From positions 1 to 45,182 of the forward strand of contig JBMFIG010000011.1 of NCBI GenBank assembly GCA_049976425.1: 45,182 nt of DNA, in the 5' to 3' direction. Under the pieces are notes generated by a model that worked only from the letters and a program-made list of their open reading frames with translations, ran no database searches and had not been told where the DNA came from. The stretch's first letter is position 1; the number at the start of each line of letters is the position of its first letter. The stretch is from Thermoproteus sp. (GTDB lineage Archaea; Thermoproteota; Thermoprotei; Thermoproteales; Thermoproteaceae). Of this stretch, positions 9,800-19,800 are shown one piece after another. A program made the translations under genes and the position numbers.

Positions 9800-10879
9800 T
9801 TAACGGAGCGCCTTGGGTTTTATCAGCAGAGGGCCGTAGGTGGCCTCGCCTGACGTCAACATCTTGTAGAGCCTCACGAGGCTCGGCCCGACCAGCCTCG
9901 CCACGCGTCTGTTGTAGCCGAAGGCGCCGAGGAATCTGCTGATGAGCCTGCTCCTCCGTATCTCCTCGACGTAGGGCCGCGCCAGCTGTCTATAGACCGC
10001 CTCGGCCTCGCCGGGGTTGTTCCGCACCTTAAGCGCCACGTAGGCCGCCTGCGCGGCAAGGGCTCCCGTGGCTACGGCGTAGTATATGCCCTCGCCTGTC
10101 GAGGCGTCCACGAAGCCCGCCGCCTCGCCCGCCAGGATCACGTTGCCCCGCCCGAGCCTCCGCAGAGAGCCCAGGCTGAGGGGATGGCCCATAACCTCGC
10201 CTGCCTTAAGCCCCAGCGACTCGGCCCATTTGGCCAAAGGCCTCCTCAGATCCGTCCAGGGACCCCAGCCGACGCCGATGCCGACGTCGGCCCCTTTATC
10301 CCCCAACGTGAACGCCCAGGCGTAGCCGACTCCACCCGTCTCCTCGTGGGCGAAGTCGAAATCTATCACGCAGAGATCTCCCAAGCTCCCGTCGGCGATC
10401 GACATGAACGCTATCGCGTGGGTCTTGGGGCTAGGCGGCGGCTCCCCCAGCGATCTGGCGACGACGCTGTTGGCGCCGTCGGCGCCCACGACGACGGCCC
10501 CCTCGTACACGCCCCTCTCCCCCACGGCTCTGCCCCCCTCCACCTTCACGATCTTGTCGACGACGAACTCGGCGTGGGACTGCTCGAGGAGCGCCTTGTC
10601 GAACTCGGGCCTCCGCGTCACCCTTATGGGCTCGCCCCTATGCGTGTACCTTATGTCGGCCACCTTCACCACGACCTCCCTACACTCGCCGTACCAGTGG
10701 TATTCTATCCCCATCCTCTCCAGCATCTTCCAAGTCCTAGGGGTCAACCCGCCTCCGCACGGCTTCTCCCTAGGAGGCTTGAAGCGGTCGACCACCAGAG
10801 TCCTCAACCCCAGCCTCGTGGCGACCACAGCCGCCGTGGCGCCGGCGGGGCCAGCCCCAACTATGACCAAGTCGTACAC
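9800..10879 (-). CDS. Geranylgeranyl-reductase-family FAD-dependent oxidoreductase
   Basis: GAGPAG, REKPCGGG, GADGANS, GYAWAF and GEAAGFVDASTGEGI motifs. Confidence 0.88.
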   Translation of the reverse strand: MYDLVIVGAGPAGATAAVVATRLGLRTLVVDRFKPPREKPCGGGLTPRTWKMLERMGIEYHWYGECREVVVKVADIRYTHRGEPIRVTRRPEFDKALLEQSHAEFVVDKIVKVEGGRAVGERGVYEGAVVVGADGANSVVARSLGEPPPSPKTHAIAFMSIADGSLGDLCVIDFDFAHEETGGVGYAWAFTLGDKGADVGIGVGWGPWTDLRRPLAKWAESLGLKAGEVMGHPLSLGSLRRLGRGNVILAGEAAGFVDASTGEGIYYAVATGALAAQAAYVALKVRNNPGEAEAVYRQLARPYVEEIRRSRLISRFLGAFGYNRRVARLVGPSLVRLYKMLTSGEATYGPLLIKPKALR

Positions 10880-10914
10880 GATATGTCGCTACGAGGCGTA
10901 CTTTTAATCTTTCC

Positions 10915-12057
10915 CTATTCGTACCTCAGCGCATCGACTACGTTAAGTCTGCCGGCCCTAACGGCAGGAGCCAGAGCGCCGACGGTGTTGACCGCCACGA
11001 CCAGCGCGGCGGTCGCGACGGCAATATGGAGCGGTATGGTTAGATGGATGGACATGCCGGGGAAGAAGCCGATAGGCACGAGGCTCAACAAAGCGACGAC
11101 GACAATGCCGGCGGCTATCCCTACGGCCGCAATTATTAGGGCTTCGTAGAGCATCATGGCTGTTATCTGTTTTCTTTTGAAGCCCACGGCTCTAAGTATG
11201 CCGAATTCCTTAGTCCTCTGGAGCACCGAGATAGTCATGGTGTCGTAAAGCCATAGAGCAGTAATGACGGTAGAGACGCCGGAAACCAAGCCGAGAAAAA
11301 GCTCGAGGCCGGTGAAGAACTGGTTGAGGGTCTGCACCAGCGAGAGCAGGTTCACTATCTGGGCGTCGGGGAAGGCGGCCTTGAGGAGGCTCTGGACCTC
11401 GCCCAAGTATTTGGTGTCCTTTAGCGAGACGACTACGATCTGGTAGCCGGTCTGGCCCGTCATGGATCTGAACTGGGGCTCGTCGAGTATAACCGAGTCT
11501 AGCGTGTTGATCACGCCGGGGTGCTCCGGGGCCATTATGCCCGAGACGACGACCGTGTACGACCTGCCGCCGTAGTTAAGCGTGAGGGGGTACCCCACCG
11601 AGAGCAGCTGGGCGCCGGTGTTCTGGTCGAACGCCACGTAGTAGCCGACCACGGCGAGACTGCCGCCTATATTGTCCGAGCCGGCGTAGAGGGCGGACGA
11701 GGGCACGACCACGCCTATATCTCTGCCCGGGATCCCGTATATGTTGACCGACTCCACGCGGCCGTTGGGGAGCCTTACCGAGCCCATGGCGACCGAGATG
11801 GGCACGACGGACGTCGCGTACGGCGCCGCGTAGGTGGCTATGGTCGCCACGTCCGCGTCGGTGAATCTGCCGAGCACGAAGACGTTGTTAACGCCGAGGC
11901 CCTCGAAGAACTTGAGGGTCTCTGCCTTAAACGCGTCGCCGACTGAGAGCGCGAACGTGAGCGCGACGAAGGCTATGAGAACCCCTATTATCGCCCCTAC
12001 GGTCCTCCCCTTCCGCTCCCTTAAGGCGCCCCAAGCAAGCTGCGCCTCGGCCAGCAC
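10915..12057 (-). CDS. MacB/FtsX-type ABC transporter permease
   Basis: N-terminal TM helix, large extracytoplasmic domain, SVLQRTKEFGILRAVGF, and C-terminal PAVRAGRLNVVDALRYE. Confidence 0.9.
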   Translation of the reverse strand: MLAEAQLAWGALRERKGRTVGAIIGVLIAFVALTFALSVGDAFKAETLKFFEGLGVNNVFVLGRFTDADVATIATYAAPYATSVVPISVAMGSVRLPNGRVESVNIYGIPGRDIGVVVPSSALYAGSDNIGGSLAVVGYYVAFDQNTGAQLLSVGYPLTLNYGGRSYTVVVSGIMAPEHPGVINTLDSVILDEPQFRSMTGQTGYQIVVVSLKDTKYLGEVQSLLKAAFPDAQIVNLLSLVQTLNQFFTGLELFLGLVSGVSTVITALWLYDTMTISVLQRTKEFGILRAVGFKRKQITAMMLYEALIIAAVGIAAGIVVVALLSLVPIGFFPGMSIHLTIPLHIAVATAALVVAVNTVGALAPAVRAGRLNVVDALRYE

Positions 12058-12086
12058 GTCGGGTAGCTCCTACAGTTTTAAAAGCC

Positions 12087-13037
12087 CTACAGCGACGCCA
12101 CGACGTTTCTGGCCCAGAGCTGGTAGAGGCCTTTCAGATGGACGAGGGGCGTGCCGGTGGTCATCCTGAAGGTCAGCCACCTCTTGAACGATTCTGGGTC
12201 GGACTGGGAGCTCCACTCGTCGGGAGAGATCTCTACATACCCCTTGCTTATCTCCGAGGCGACGGCCTGCGCCGCCAACGAGGCTTGCCAGAGGGATCCC
12301 CACCCGATCGGCGGGAGGCCCAGCTTCAGGAGGGCGGAGTCGCCGATGAGGTACACCCGCTCGTACTGCGTCTCCAAGGTCTCCGGCTTGAGCTCAAGCC
12401 CCGCCGTGAGGGGGTGGGGCCTGACAGCCGGGACGGATATGTGGAGCTCGTCCACCGCCTTATGCGGCGGCGGGTCGCCCGTCACCTCCACGCCTATTTC
12501 CTTCGCCTTGGCCTTCCAAGGCTCGAGCAGAAACACGTAGTCGTCGGAGACGTAGACCAGATGCACCGACACCTCCTTCTCGGGGAACCTGGTCTTGACG
12601 GCGTAGGCTATCTCCTGGAAGCCTATCACGGGGGTGAACTCGCTCACTATGAAGCGCACGGCCCTCGCCTTCTTCATAAGCTCGTAGAGCCTCTCGGCAC
12701 CTTCGACGCTCCAGTACTCCGCGGTCCCCACCTTGTAGGAGCCGGGGGCCAACACGACGTAGTCGCCGCATACGTCCCGCGTGTTGAAGAGCCTCACGCA
12801 AGTCCCGTCTAGGGCGGTCGCGTGGTCCCACACGTGTCTGACCTTCTTGAGCTGGGACAGGGGGAATATCAGGTCCTTAAAGTCGACCAAGCCGCCGTAG
12901 GCCATAGGTATCCCTATCACGAACTCGTGCACCGGCTTGGGCTCAACCAACACGACCTCGGCCTGCGCCGCTTGGAGGAGCCTGTAGGCGAAATAGATCC
13001 CGGCTATCCCCCCGCCCACAACGACGACTCTACGCAT
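12087..13037 (-). CDS. FAD-dependent oxidoreductase, SQR/NDH-2-like (paralog A)
   Basis: VVGGGIAG Rossmann motif, DYVVLAPG, and the second FAD motif VYLIGD...PPIGW..WQA. Confidence 0.75.
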   Translation of the reverse strand: MRRVVVVGGGIAGIYFAYRLLQAAQAEVVLVEPKPVHEFVIGIPMAYGGLVDFKDLIFPLSQLKKVRHVWDHATALDGTCVRLFNTRDVCGDYVVLAPGSYKVGTAEYWSVEGAERLYELMKKARAVRFIVSEFTPVIGFQEIAYAVKTRFPEKEVSVHLVYVSDDYVFLLEPWKAKAKEIGVEVTGDPPPHKAVDELHISVPAVRPHPLTAGLELKPETLETQYERVYLIGDSALLKLGLPPIGWGSLWQASLAAQAVASEISKGYVEISPDEWSSQSDPESFKRWLTFRMTTGTPLVHLKGLYQLWARNVVASL

Positions 13038-13109
13038 TCGACAAGAATGGACGGCATTGATATAAATCTTACGTAGAAAGGCTAAAATAGATCCCTCCGT
13101 TCTCCACGC

Positions 13110-13691
13110 ATGGAGGCCCTCGTCACCCGCGTAGGCGAGAAGGAGAACCCCTATCTGGTGGAGTTCTACGACGTCAACTGCCCCTTCTGCGCCAAGTCGG
13201 CGCTCGACTTATGGGGCGACCTCCTCGCCTCGGGCGCCTACTTCGAGCTGGTGTACCTGCCCGTCCACTACGCCATATGGAAGGACATGGGCTCGCCGAA
13301 GACCGCGGAGGGGACCTATCTGGCAAACCTCTCGGCCTTCTGCGTAGACGACCCGGTACAACGGGTGAGGTACATGCTGGAGCTCTTCAAGATAACGTCC
13401 TCGGTGCGGAACGAGCCCAAGGCGATAGAGGAGCAGTTGGAGTACGCCAGAGGCAAGTTCGGCGACTTGAAGAGCTGTGTTAGGGGCAAGGTCGGCCGCC
13501 TGGCCGACGACCCCGAGCTGGCCTACGAGCTCGCCCACGAATACGCGCTCTCCATAGACGCCGTGGTGACCGGAGTCCCCACAGCCGCCATTGTGGACGG
13601 CGGGAAGGCCGTCGAGGTCAAGGACGGCCTGGGGGAGGTGGAGGACCTCATCAAGAAATACCTCTCGGGCAAGAGGCGAGCGCCTTCTTGA
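13110..13691 (+). CDS. DsbA/thioredoxin-fold protein
   Basis: VEFYDVNCPFCA active-site CxxC and the C-terminal cis-Pro loop VTGVPT. Confidence 0.8.
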   Translation: MEALVTRVGEKENPYLVEFYDVNCPFCAKSALDLWGDLLASGAYFELVYLPVHYAIWKDMGSPKTAEGTYLANLSAFCVDDPVQRVRYMLELFKITSSVRNEPKAIEEQLEYARGKFGDLKSCVRGKVGRLADDPELAYELAHEYALSIDAVVTGVPTAAIVDGGKAVEVKDGLGEVEDLIKKYLSGKRRAPS

Positions 13692-14613
13692 GCCTCTCGG
13701 CGGCATCCTCCGGCGTGGTGTCGAGGGTGTATATGCCGGCCCCCGTCTCGGCGCTCGCCGCGTACTTCAGCCTCCCGTCCGGCCTATACATCCCATAGAT
13801 CTCGAAGTGGAGGTGGTAGTAGCGGTGGTCCCCCTTCAAGGGAGCTTGGTGCAGGACCATCATGTAGGGCATGGGCTTCCCGACGGCGTTCTTGAGGGCG
13901 CAGAGAACCGCCTTGAGGACGCCGGCAAGCTCCGCGAGCTCCTCGTCGCCCAGCTGGGTCAGGAGCTGGACGTGGCGGAGGGGGTATACGTGCACCTCGT
14001 GGGGCCATCTGGCGTAGTACGGCACGAAGGCGGCCCAATACGCCCCCCTCAACAAAGCCCTGTCCGACGACGATTCTCTGGCCACGATATCGCAATGGAG
14101 GCACCGCCCGCGGCCGCGCCAGTACTCCTCGGCTCTCTCGAGCTCTCTGGCCACGCGCTCCGGGACGACCGGTAGCTCGTATATCTGGCTGTGGGGGTGT
14201 GTGAGGGAGACGCCTATCTCCCTCCCCTTGTTCCTGAAATACAGGAAGTACAGGACGCCGGGGTCCGACGCGGCTCTGGCCATCTCGTCCCTCACCATCC
14301 TCAACACCCTCTCTATCTGCTCCCTCGGCAGATCGCTCAGATCGTCCAGGTCGTGCTCCGGCGTCTCGACGACGACTAAGGCCCTTCCGTAGGCCCTAAC
14401 GGCCTCGTAGAAGCCGTCGGCCCGGGGCGCCGGCGCCTCCGGCGACACCACCGGGTATCTGTTGGGCAGAATCAGGACGTCCCACCCGTAGCCGGTCTCG
14501 GGAGCGCCTGGGTCGAAGGGGCAGAAGGACTCGGGTTGCCAGGGCCTCTCCAGCCTCCTCGGCGCCACGACTATCCAATCGCCGGTGGTGGGATCCCTCC
14601 TAACCTCGCTCAT
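13651..14613 (-). CDS. galT: Galactose-1-phosphate uridylyltransferase
   Basis: RRDPTTGDW...RLERP, CPFDPG, NRYP, and the catalytic GVSLTHPHSQ (HxHxQ). Confidence 0.92.
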   Translation of the reverse strand: MSEVRRDPTTGDWIVVAPRRLERPWQPESFCPFDPGAPETGYGWDVLILPNRYPVVSPEAPAPRADGFYEAVRAYGRALVVVETPEHDLDDLSDLPREQIERVLRMVRDEMARAASDPGVLYFLYFRNKGREIGVSLTHPHSQIYELPVVPERVARELERAEEYWRGRGRCLHCDIVARESSSDRALLRGAYWAAFVPYYARWPHEVHVYPLRHVQLLTQLGDEELAELAGVLKAVLCALKNAVGKPMPYMMVLHQAPLKGDHRYYHLHFEIYGMYRPDGRLKYAASAETGAGIYTLDTTPEDAAERLKKALASCPRGIS

Positions 14614-15746
14614 AGGTACTCCACGCGCAGACCGTCGTCGACTTTTAAGACCCAGCTACGCGCCTCCCCGACGCCCCTAACGGAGCCCGCGGCGGCCTCC
14701 GGCGCGAGGGCCATGACGACGCCGCCGAGCCCCGCGCCGGACAGCTTGGCGCCGTAGGCCCCCTTAGCCAAGGCGCCCTCGACCAGTCTGTCGAGCTCCG
14801 GGATGCTGACGTCGTATAGGTCGCGCAGGAGGCTGTGCTGGTACGTCATGACGGCACCCACGCCTCTCGCCCTCCAGTCGTCGCCGTCCAGCGGCGGCAG
14901 ATACGGCGCCTCGGCCTTCCTCCCCCTCAGTATGTCCAGAGCGACGAGGGTTGATCTGTGCATCCTGATGGTGAAGAGGATGCGGTTGGCCGGCACGCGC
15001 GGTATTTTGTCCAGATAGGGCTTCAGCTCCTCCTCGTCCAGCTCCTCCCACCTGACCTCCCAATGCCTCTCCGCGAGCTTCTCCCTTATGTTGGGGGGCA
15101 CTACGGCGAGCAGTGCCCTGAGCCCCTCGTCCAGCTCCCTCTGCCTCTGGGGGTGCACCTCCGCCGTCGAGTGCCGCACCCCGCTGTCGAGCGCCACGAA
15201 GACCCCCCTATCCAGCTCGAGCCGCTCCACGTTGTAGGGAGGCTTGGTGTTGATGTACGATATCCTGCCGAAGGCGGATCCGTACTGGTCCAGCCTGCCG
15301 CACGGTATTCCCATCACCTCCCTCTCCGCGCGGTAGGCGGTCTCGGCCACGAACGCCGGGTCCGCGGGCCCTCCCCAGAGGGCCGACAGCGCGCCGACCG
15401 CCGCCACGAGGAGCGCCGCGCTCGATGCCATGCCGGAGGCTATCGGCACGTCGCTGTCTACATCGAGCTCGCAACCCCCCACCTCCACGCCCGAGCGCTG
15501 TAGGGACGCGACCGCGGCCTTTACGTAGTCGGCGAAGCTCTCCCCAGCGGGGAGCTCTCCGGGTTTAAACTCGGCGGACTCGCCGGTGTTGAGGGACCTC
15601 GCCCTACACACCCCGCGCAGGCGCCGGGCCTTGACGCGCGTCCGTAGGTTTATCGCGACAGAGACCACCGGCAGTCCCTTGTAGTCCTGGTGCGTGTTCA
15701 AGAAATCCAGACGGCCCGGCGCGGAGGCCAGTACCTCGTAGCTCAC
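14610..15746 (-). CDS. galK: Galactokinase-like GHMP kinase
   Basis: SAPGRLDFLNTHQDY, PIASGMASSAA, CGRLDQ and GAKLSGAGLGG. The real start is the GTG at 15746, overlapping the upstream stop (GTGA). Its own stop overlaps the galT start (ATGA). Confidence 0.82.
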   Translation of the reverse strand: MSYEVLASAPGRLDFLNTHQDYKGLPVVSVAINLRTRVKARRLRGVCRARSLNTGESAEFKPGELPAGESFADYVKAAVASLQRSGVEVGGCELDVDSDVPIASGMASSAALLVAAVGALSALWGGPADPAFVAETAYRAEREVMGIPCGRLDQYGSAFGRISYINTKPPYNVERLELDRGVFVALDSGVRHSTAEVHPQRQRELDEGLRALLAVVPPNIREKLAERHWEVRWEELDEEELKPYLDKIPRVPANRILFTIRMHRSTLVALDILRGRKAEAPYLPPLDGDDWRARGVGAVMTYQHSLLRDLYDVSIPELDRLVEGALAKGAYGAKLSGAGLGGVVMALAPEAAAGSVRGVGEARSWVLKVDDGLRVEYL

Positions 15747-16852
15747 AGCACAGCCTTCTCGTCCTCGCCGAAAATCTTGATCTTCTGAGGCCTCACGTAC
15801 ACGACAGTCTCGGCGCCCTCGGCCGGCGGCCTGCCAACCACCTCGACCCTGGCCTCTAGGCCGTCCCACTCGATCAAGGCCGTCGTCACGAAGCCCGTCA
15901 CCTCAACTATCTTGACCCTGCCCTTGGGTATAGCCACGTCGTCCTTGCTCTGCGGGGCCTCAGCCACGTAGATATCGGCCGGCCTTATGCCCACGTACAC
16001 CTTCTTCCCCACGTGTTCGGCCAAGGCGGGGGAGCTCGGCAGAGGTATCTTCAGTGAGCCCGCGTCGGCCAGATAGCCGCCGGCCTCCTTCAGAAGCTTG
16101 GCCTCGAAGACGTTCATGGGCGGATCCCCTAAGAAGGTCGCCACGAATAGGTTGGCAGGCCTCTCCAGCAGGTCCTCCACGCCGCCTACTTGCTGTATCA
16201 CGCCTCTCCTCAACACGGCCAGCCTATCGGCGACGGAGTACGCGTCTTGCTGGTCGTGGGTTACCAGTATCGTTGTTATTTTCAGCTCCCTCTGGAGCCT
16301 CTTCACGAACGCCCTGGCGCTTATGCGTATCCTTGCGTCTAGGTTGGAGAAGGGCTCGTCGAGGAGCAGGAGGCGCGGCTGTTTGACCAAGGCGCGCGCT
16401 ATGGCCACCCTCTGTTGCTGGCCGCCTGAGAGCTGGCGGGGGTAGCGGTCCAGAAGCTCGCCTATGCCCAAAATCTCGGCCACCTCCTTCACCCTAGCCT
16501 CGATCTCCCTCTTGGGAAGCTTCTTTATCTTCAGGGGGAACGCTATGTTGTCGAAGACCTTCATGTGGGGGTAGAGGGCCCAGTTCTGGAACACCATGCC
16601 GACGTTCCTCTTAGGCGGCTCCACGAAGACCTTCCTCTCCACGTCCACTATGACGTCGTCGTCGAAGAGTATCCGGCCCCTCGTCGGCACCTCCAGCCCG
16701 GCGAGGACTCTGAGGAAGGTGGTCTTGCCGTGGCCGGAGGGGCCCAACACGACGAAGAACTCGCCGTCGTTTATCTTGAGGTTCACGTCCTTGAGGGCGA
16801 CGACGTTCGGCGGAAATATCTTGTCTACGTGCTCCAAGGTGACTACGACCAT
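15743..16852 (-). CDS. Sugar ABC transporter ATP-binding subunit (GlcV/MalK type)
   Basis: GPSGHGKTT, VFQNWALYP, LSGGQQQRVA, LLLDEPFSNLDA, VTHD, and a C-terminal TOBE-like domain. Confidence 0.93.
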   Translation of the reverse strand: MVVVTLEHVDKIFPPNVVALKDVNLKINDGEFFVVLGPSGHGKTTFLRVLAGLEVPTRGRILFDDDVIVDVERKVFVEPPKRNVGMVFQNWALYPHMKVFDNIAFPLKIKKLPKREIEARVKEVAEILGIGELLDRYPRQLSGGQQQRVAIARALVKQPRLLLLDEPFSNLDARIRISARAFVKRLQRELKITTILVTHDQQDAYSVADRLAVLRRGVIQQVGGVEDLLERPANLFVATFLGDPPMNVFEAKLLKEAGGYLADAGSLKIPLPSSPALAEHVGKKVYVGIRPADIYVAEAPQSKDDVAIPKGRVKIVEVTGFVTTALIEWDGLEARVEVVGRPPAEGAETVVYVRPQKIKIFGEDEKAVL

Positions 16853-16880
16853 GGGTTTTACGTATTGCCTAATTTTAAAA

Positions 16881-19800
16881 TTAAGCTCTGACGGACTCCA
16901 GAGAGAGCGAGGCGCCGAGCCGCTTGAGGGCCTCCTCGATCGCCCTATCGAGTTGCGGATCGACGCCTTCTCTGTAGTGGTGCGGCGCTATCTCCACGTA
17001 TATGTCGGGCTCCACGCCGCGTCCCTCTATCCCGGTCCCGACGCCCTCGGCCCAGAACGCGTATTTGGGCTGGGTTATTATGGTGCCGTCGACTAGTTTA
17101 TATCTGGTATCTATCCCCACCGTGCCGCCCCAGGTCCTGGTCCCCACGACGGGCCCCAGCCCCAACGCCTTGAAGTCGTAGGTGAATATGTCGCCGTCCG
17201 AGCCGGCGTATTCGTTGGTTATCAGCACAAGCGCCTTGGGCACGACGAGCTCGGGGTACGGCGTTGGCTTGAAGTATCTAGTTAGAAACGCCCCGAAGAC
17301 CCTCGCGGCTAGGCGCTGTATCAACATGCCGGACGTGTGGCCGCCTCTGTTGAACCTGACGTCTATTATGAGCGCCTCCCTGTAGCCCTCCGCCACGAGC
17401 GACCTGAAGAACTCGGCGTAGCCGTAGGGGCCCATGTCGGGCACGTGGACGTAGCCCACCCTGCCGCCGGTCCTCTCGTGCACGTAGCGGCGGTTGCGCT
17501 CCACCCAGCTCCTGTATACGACGTGCCTCTCGTCCCTCAGCGTCTTGACGGGGAAGCGCCGGACCGCGTCGCCCCGCCTGGTCTCTATCCACAACACGTC
17601 GCCAGCCCTATTGAGGAGGGCGGCCTCCGGGGGCGTGTCGGGGCCGAGGGCCGTCCCGCCTATGGACAGCACGCAGTCCCCCTCCTTGACGTCGAGGCCC
17701 GGCGCCGCCAGCGGGCTCCGCTCGCCCTCGTTGGCGGGGTCGCCGACGAAGATCTTGGCCACGCGCCAGCACGATCCGTCCCACGCGAACTCGGCCCCCA
17801 GCCCGCCCACCGGGTAGGGCTTGTCCACCTCGAAGTCGGGCACCACCTCGTACGCGTGGCTGTTGCCCAGCTCCCCCTGCATCTCGTTGATCAAGTCGCT
17901 CAGCTCGTACCGCGTTCCCACCCTATCTAGAAGAGGCTCGTATTTCCTATACACGGCGTCCCAATCGACGCCGTTCATGTCGGCCTTCCAGAAGTTCTCC
18001 CGCATCAACAGCCAAGCCTCGCGGAACATCTGTCTCCACTCCTTCGCCGGATCTACGTAGACCTTCACCCTATTTAGGTCCAAGACCCCGCTCTTCCTGC
18101 CCGGCTCCCTCGACTGCATATCCGGCCTCTTCTCCACATCGACAAGCCTCAGCCTGCCCTCCTCCTTCAGCAATAGATATTTCCCGTCGGGGGAGGCCCG
18201 GATGGCCGAGACGCCCGACGCCAGCTGTTCCTTGGACTTGGTCTCCAAGTCGTAAACCTCGACGACGCCCCTCCTCTCTTGGGCCGACCACAGATAGTAC
18301 TTGAGGGCCCCCTCCACCTCGTATCTAAGCCAGACGACCTTCCCGCCCTTAAGCCCCACGACGGCCGCGTATATCCCCTCGTCGACCGGGAAGGGCTCGG
18401 CCCTGGCGGCGATGCCCTCAACGTCTATGTCCTGCACCGCCCCCTCCGCCTTTCTGTACTCGACGAAGGGCGACAGGTCGTCCCTCCTCAGAGGTATGAG
18501 GTAGGGCTTTGAGTGGTTCGCGAAGACGTAGTAGAACTGGACGGGGTCCATGGCGGGGTTGAGGGCCCTCCTCGAGAGGAAGTAGAGGTACCTCCCGTCG
18601 GGGTCGAAGGCAGGGCCGTAGTCGAAGCTCGTGGGCGGCGTGGCGTCGTGGGATCTGCCGGACCTCACGTCGTACAGCCTTATGTTCTGGGTGTAGGGGC
18701 CCGAAGGCCGGGAGTAGGCAAGCCAAAGGCCGGAGGGGTGCCACGCGAGCTCCGTTATTAGGCCGTACTCGCTTCTGTCGGCCAATGCCGCCGTCCCCGT
18801 CTCGACGTCCAACAGCCACAGCTCCCCTCTATGGTTGGCCAAGGCCAGCCTCGGGTACTTGAGGGCCAAGGCCTCTATCAGCCCCAGCCCCGGCTCCAGC
18901 CTCTTGATCAACGCCCCGTCCTTCCCGTAGATCTCCACGGCGCCGTCGTAGGTCGAGACGGCGATCTTGTCGCCGTCAGCCGATATGTGCTTGTACCTGG
19001 TAGCGCCGCCGGCGCCTAGCCCGACCACCGCCCCCTCCCAGGCCGGCATGTGGAAGGCCTGGCCGCGGGAGATCAAGACGACGGAGTCGCCCGAGGGCAA
19101 GGCGAAACCCTCCAGATATTTGAAGGGATCGACGAACTTCGGCGCCTTCTGCTTTCTGGCCAGAGGAGCCTCTATGTCGAGGAGCTCGATGCGACCAGAC
19201 GGGTCGTATAGATATATGTCGCCGCCCATCTGGAAGACCGCCCTGCGCCCGTCGGAGCTGGCGTTTCTGACGTAGAACTCCTTGAAGTCGGTATGCCTCC
19301 TCAGATCCTTGCCGGAGGGGTCCACAGAGTACAGATTGCCGACTCCCTCGTGGTCGGACACGAAGTATATCCTGCCGCCGACTATCATGGGCGAGGTGAC
19401 GTTGCCCGGGAGGTCGACCAGCTTCTCGAACGTCCTCCCGCCGTCTCTGCTGATCCAGAGGACGCCCCTCATGCCGCCCCTATACCTCTTCCAGTAGGGC
19501 AGGTCGTAGTTGTTCCGGCCCAACACGACGAACCCGTCGCCGTAGAGCAAGGCCGTGGCGGGGCCTAGATTAAGCCTCTCGTACCTCCCGTCTAGAGATA
19601 CGGCGTACAGCTCCCGCCACTGGGGGAAGGGCATCTTGAAGTCGCTGAAGACCAGCACCCGCCCGTCTGGCGTCCACCCGGCCACGCGCGTGTAGGGGGA
19701 GCCGAAGTAGGTCAGCCTCTTGGGCTGGCCCCCGTCGGCCGGCACCACGTAGGCCTCGGCTAAGGTGCCCTGGTCGGTCTGTTGCAACCGGGTGAAGGCT

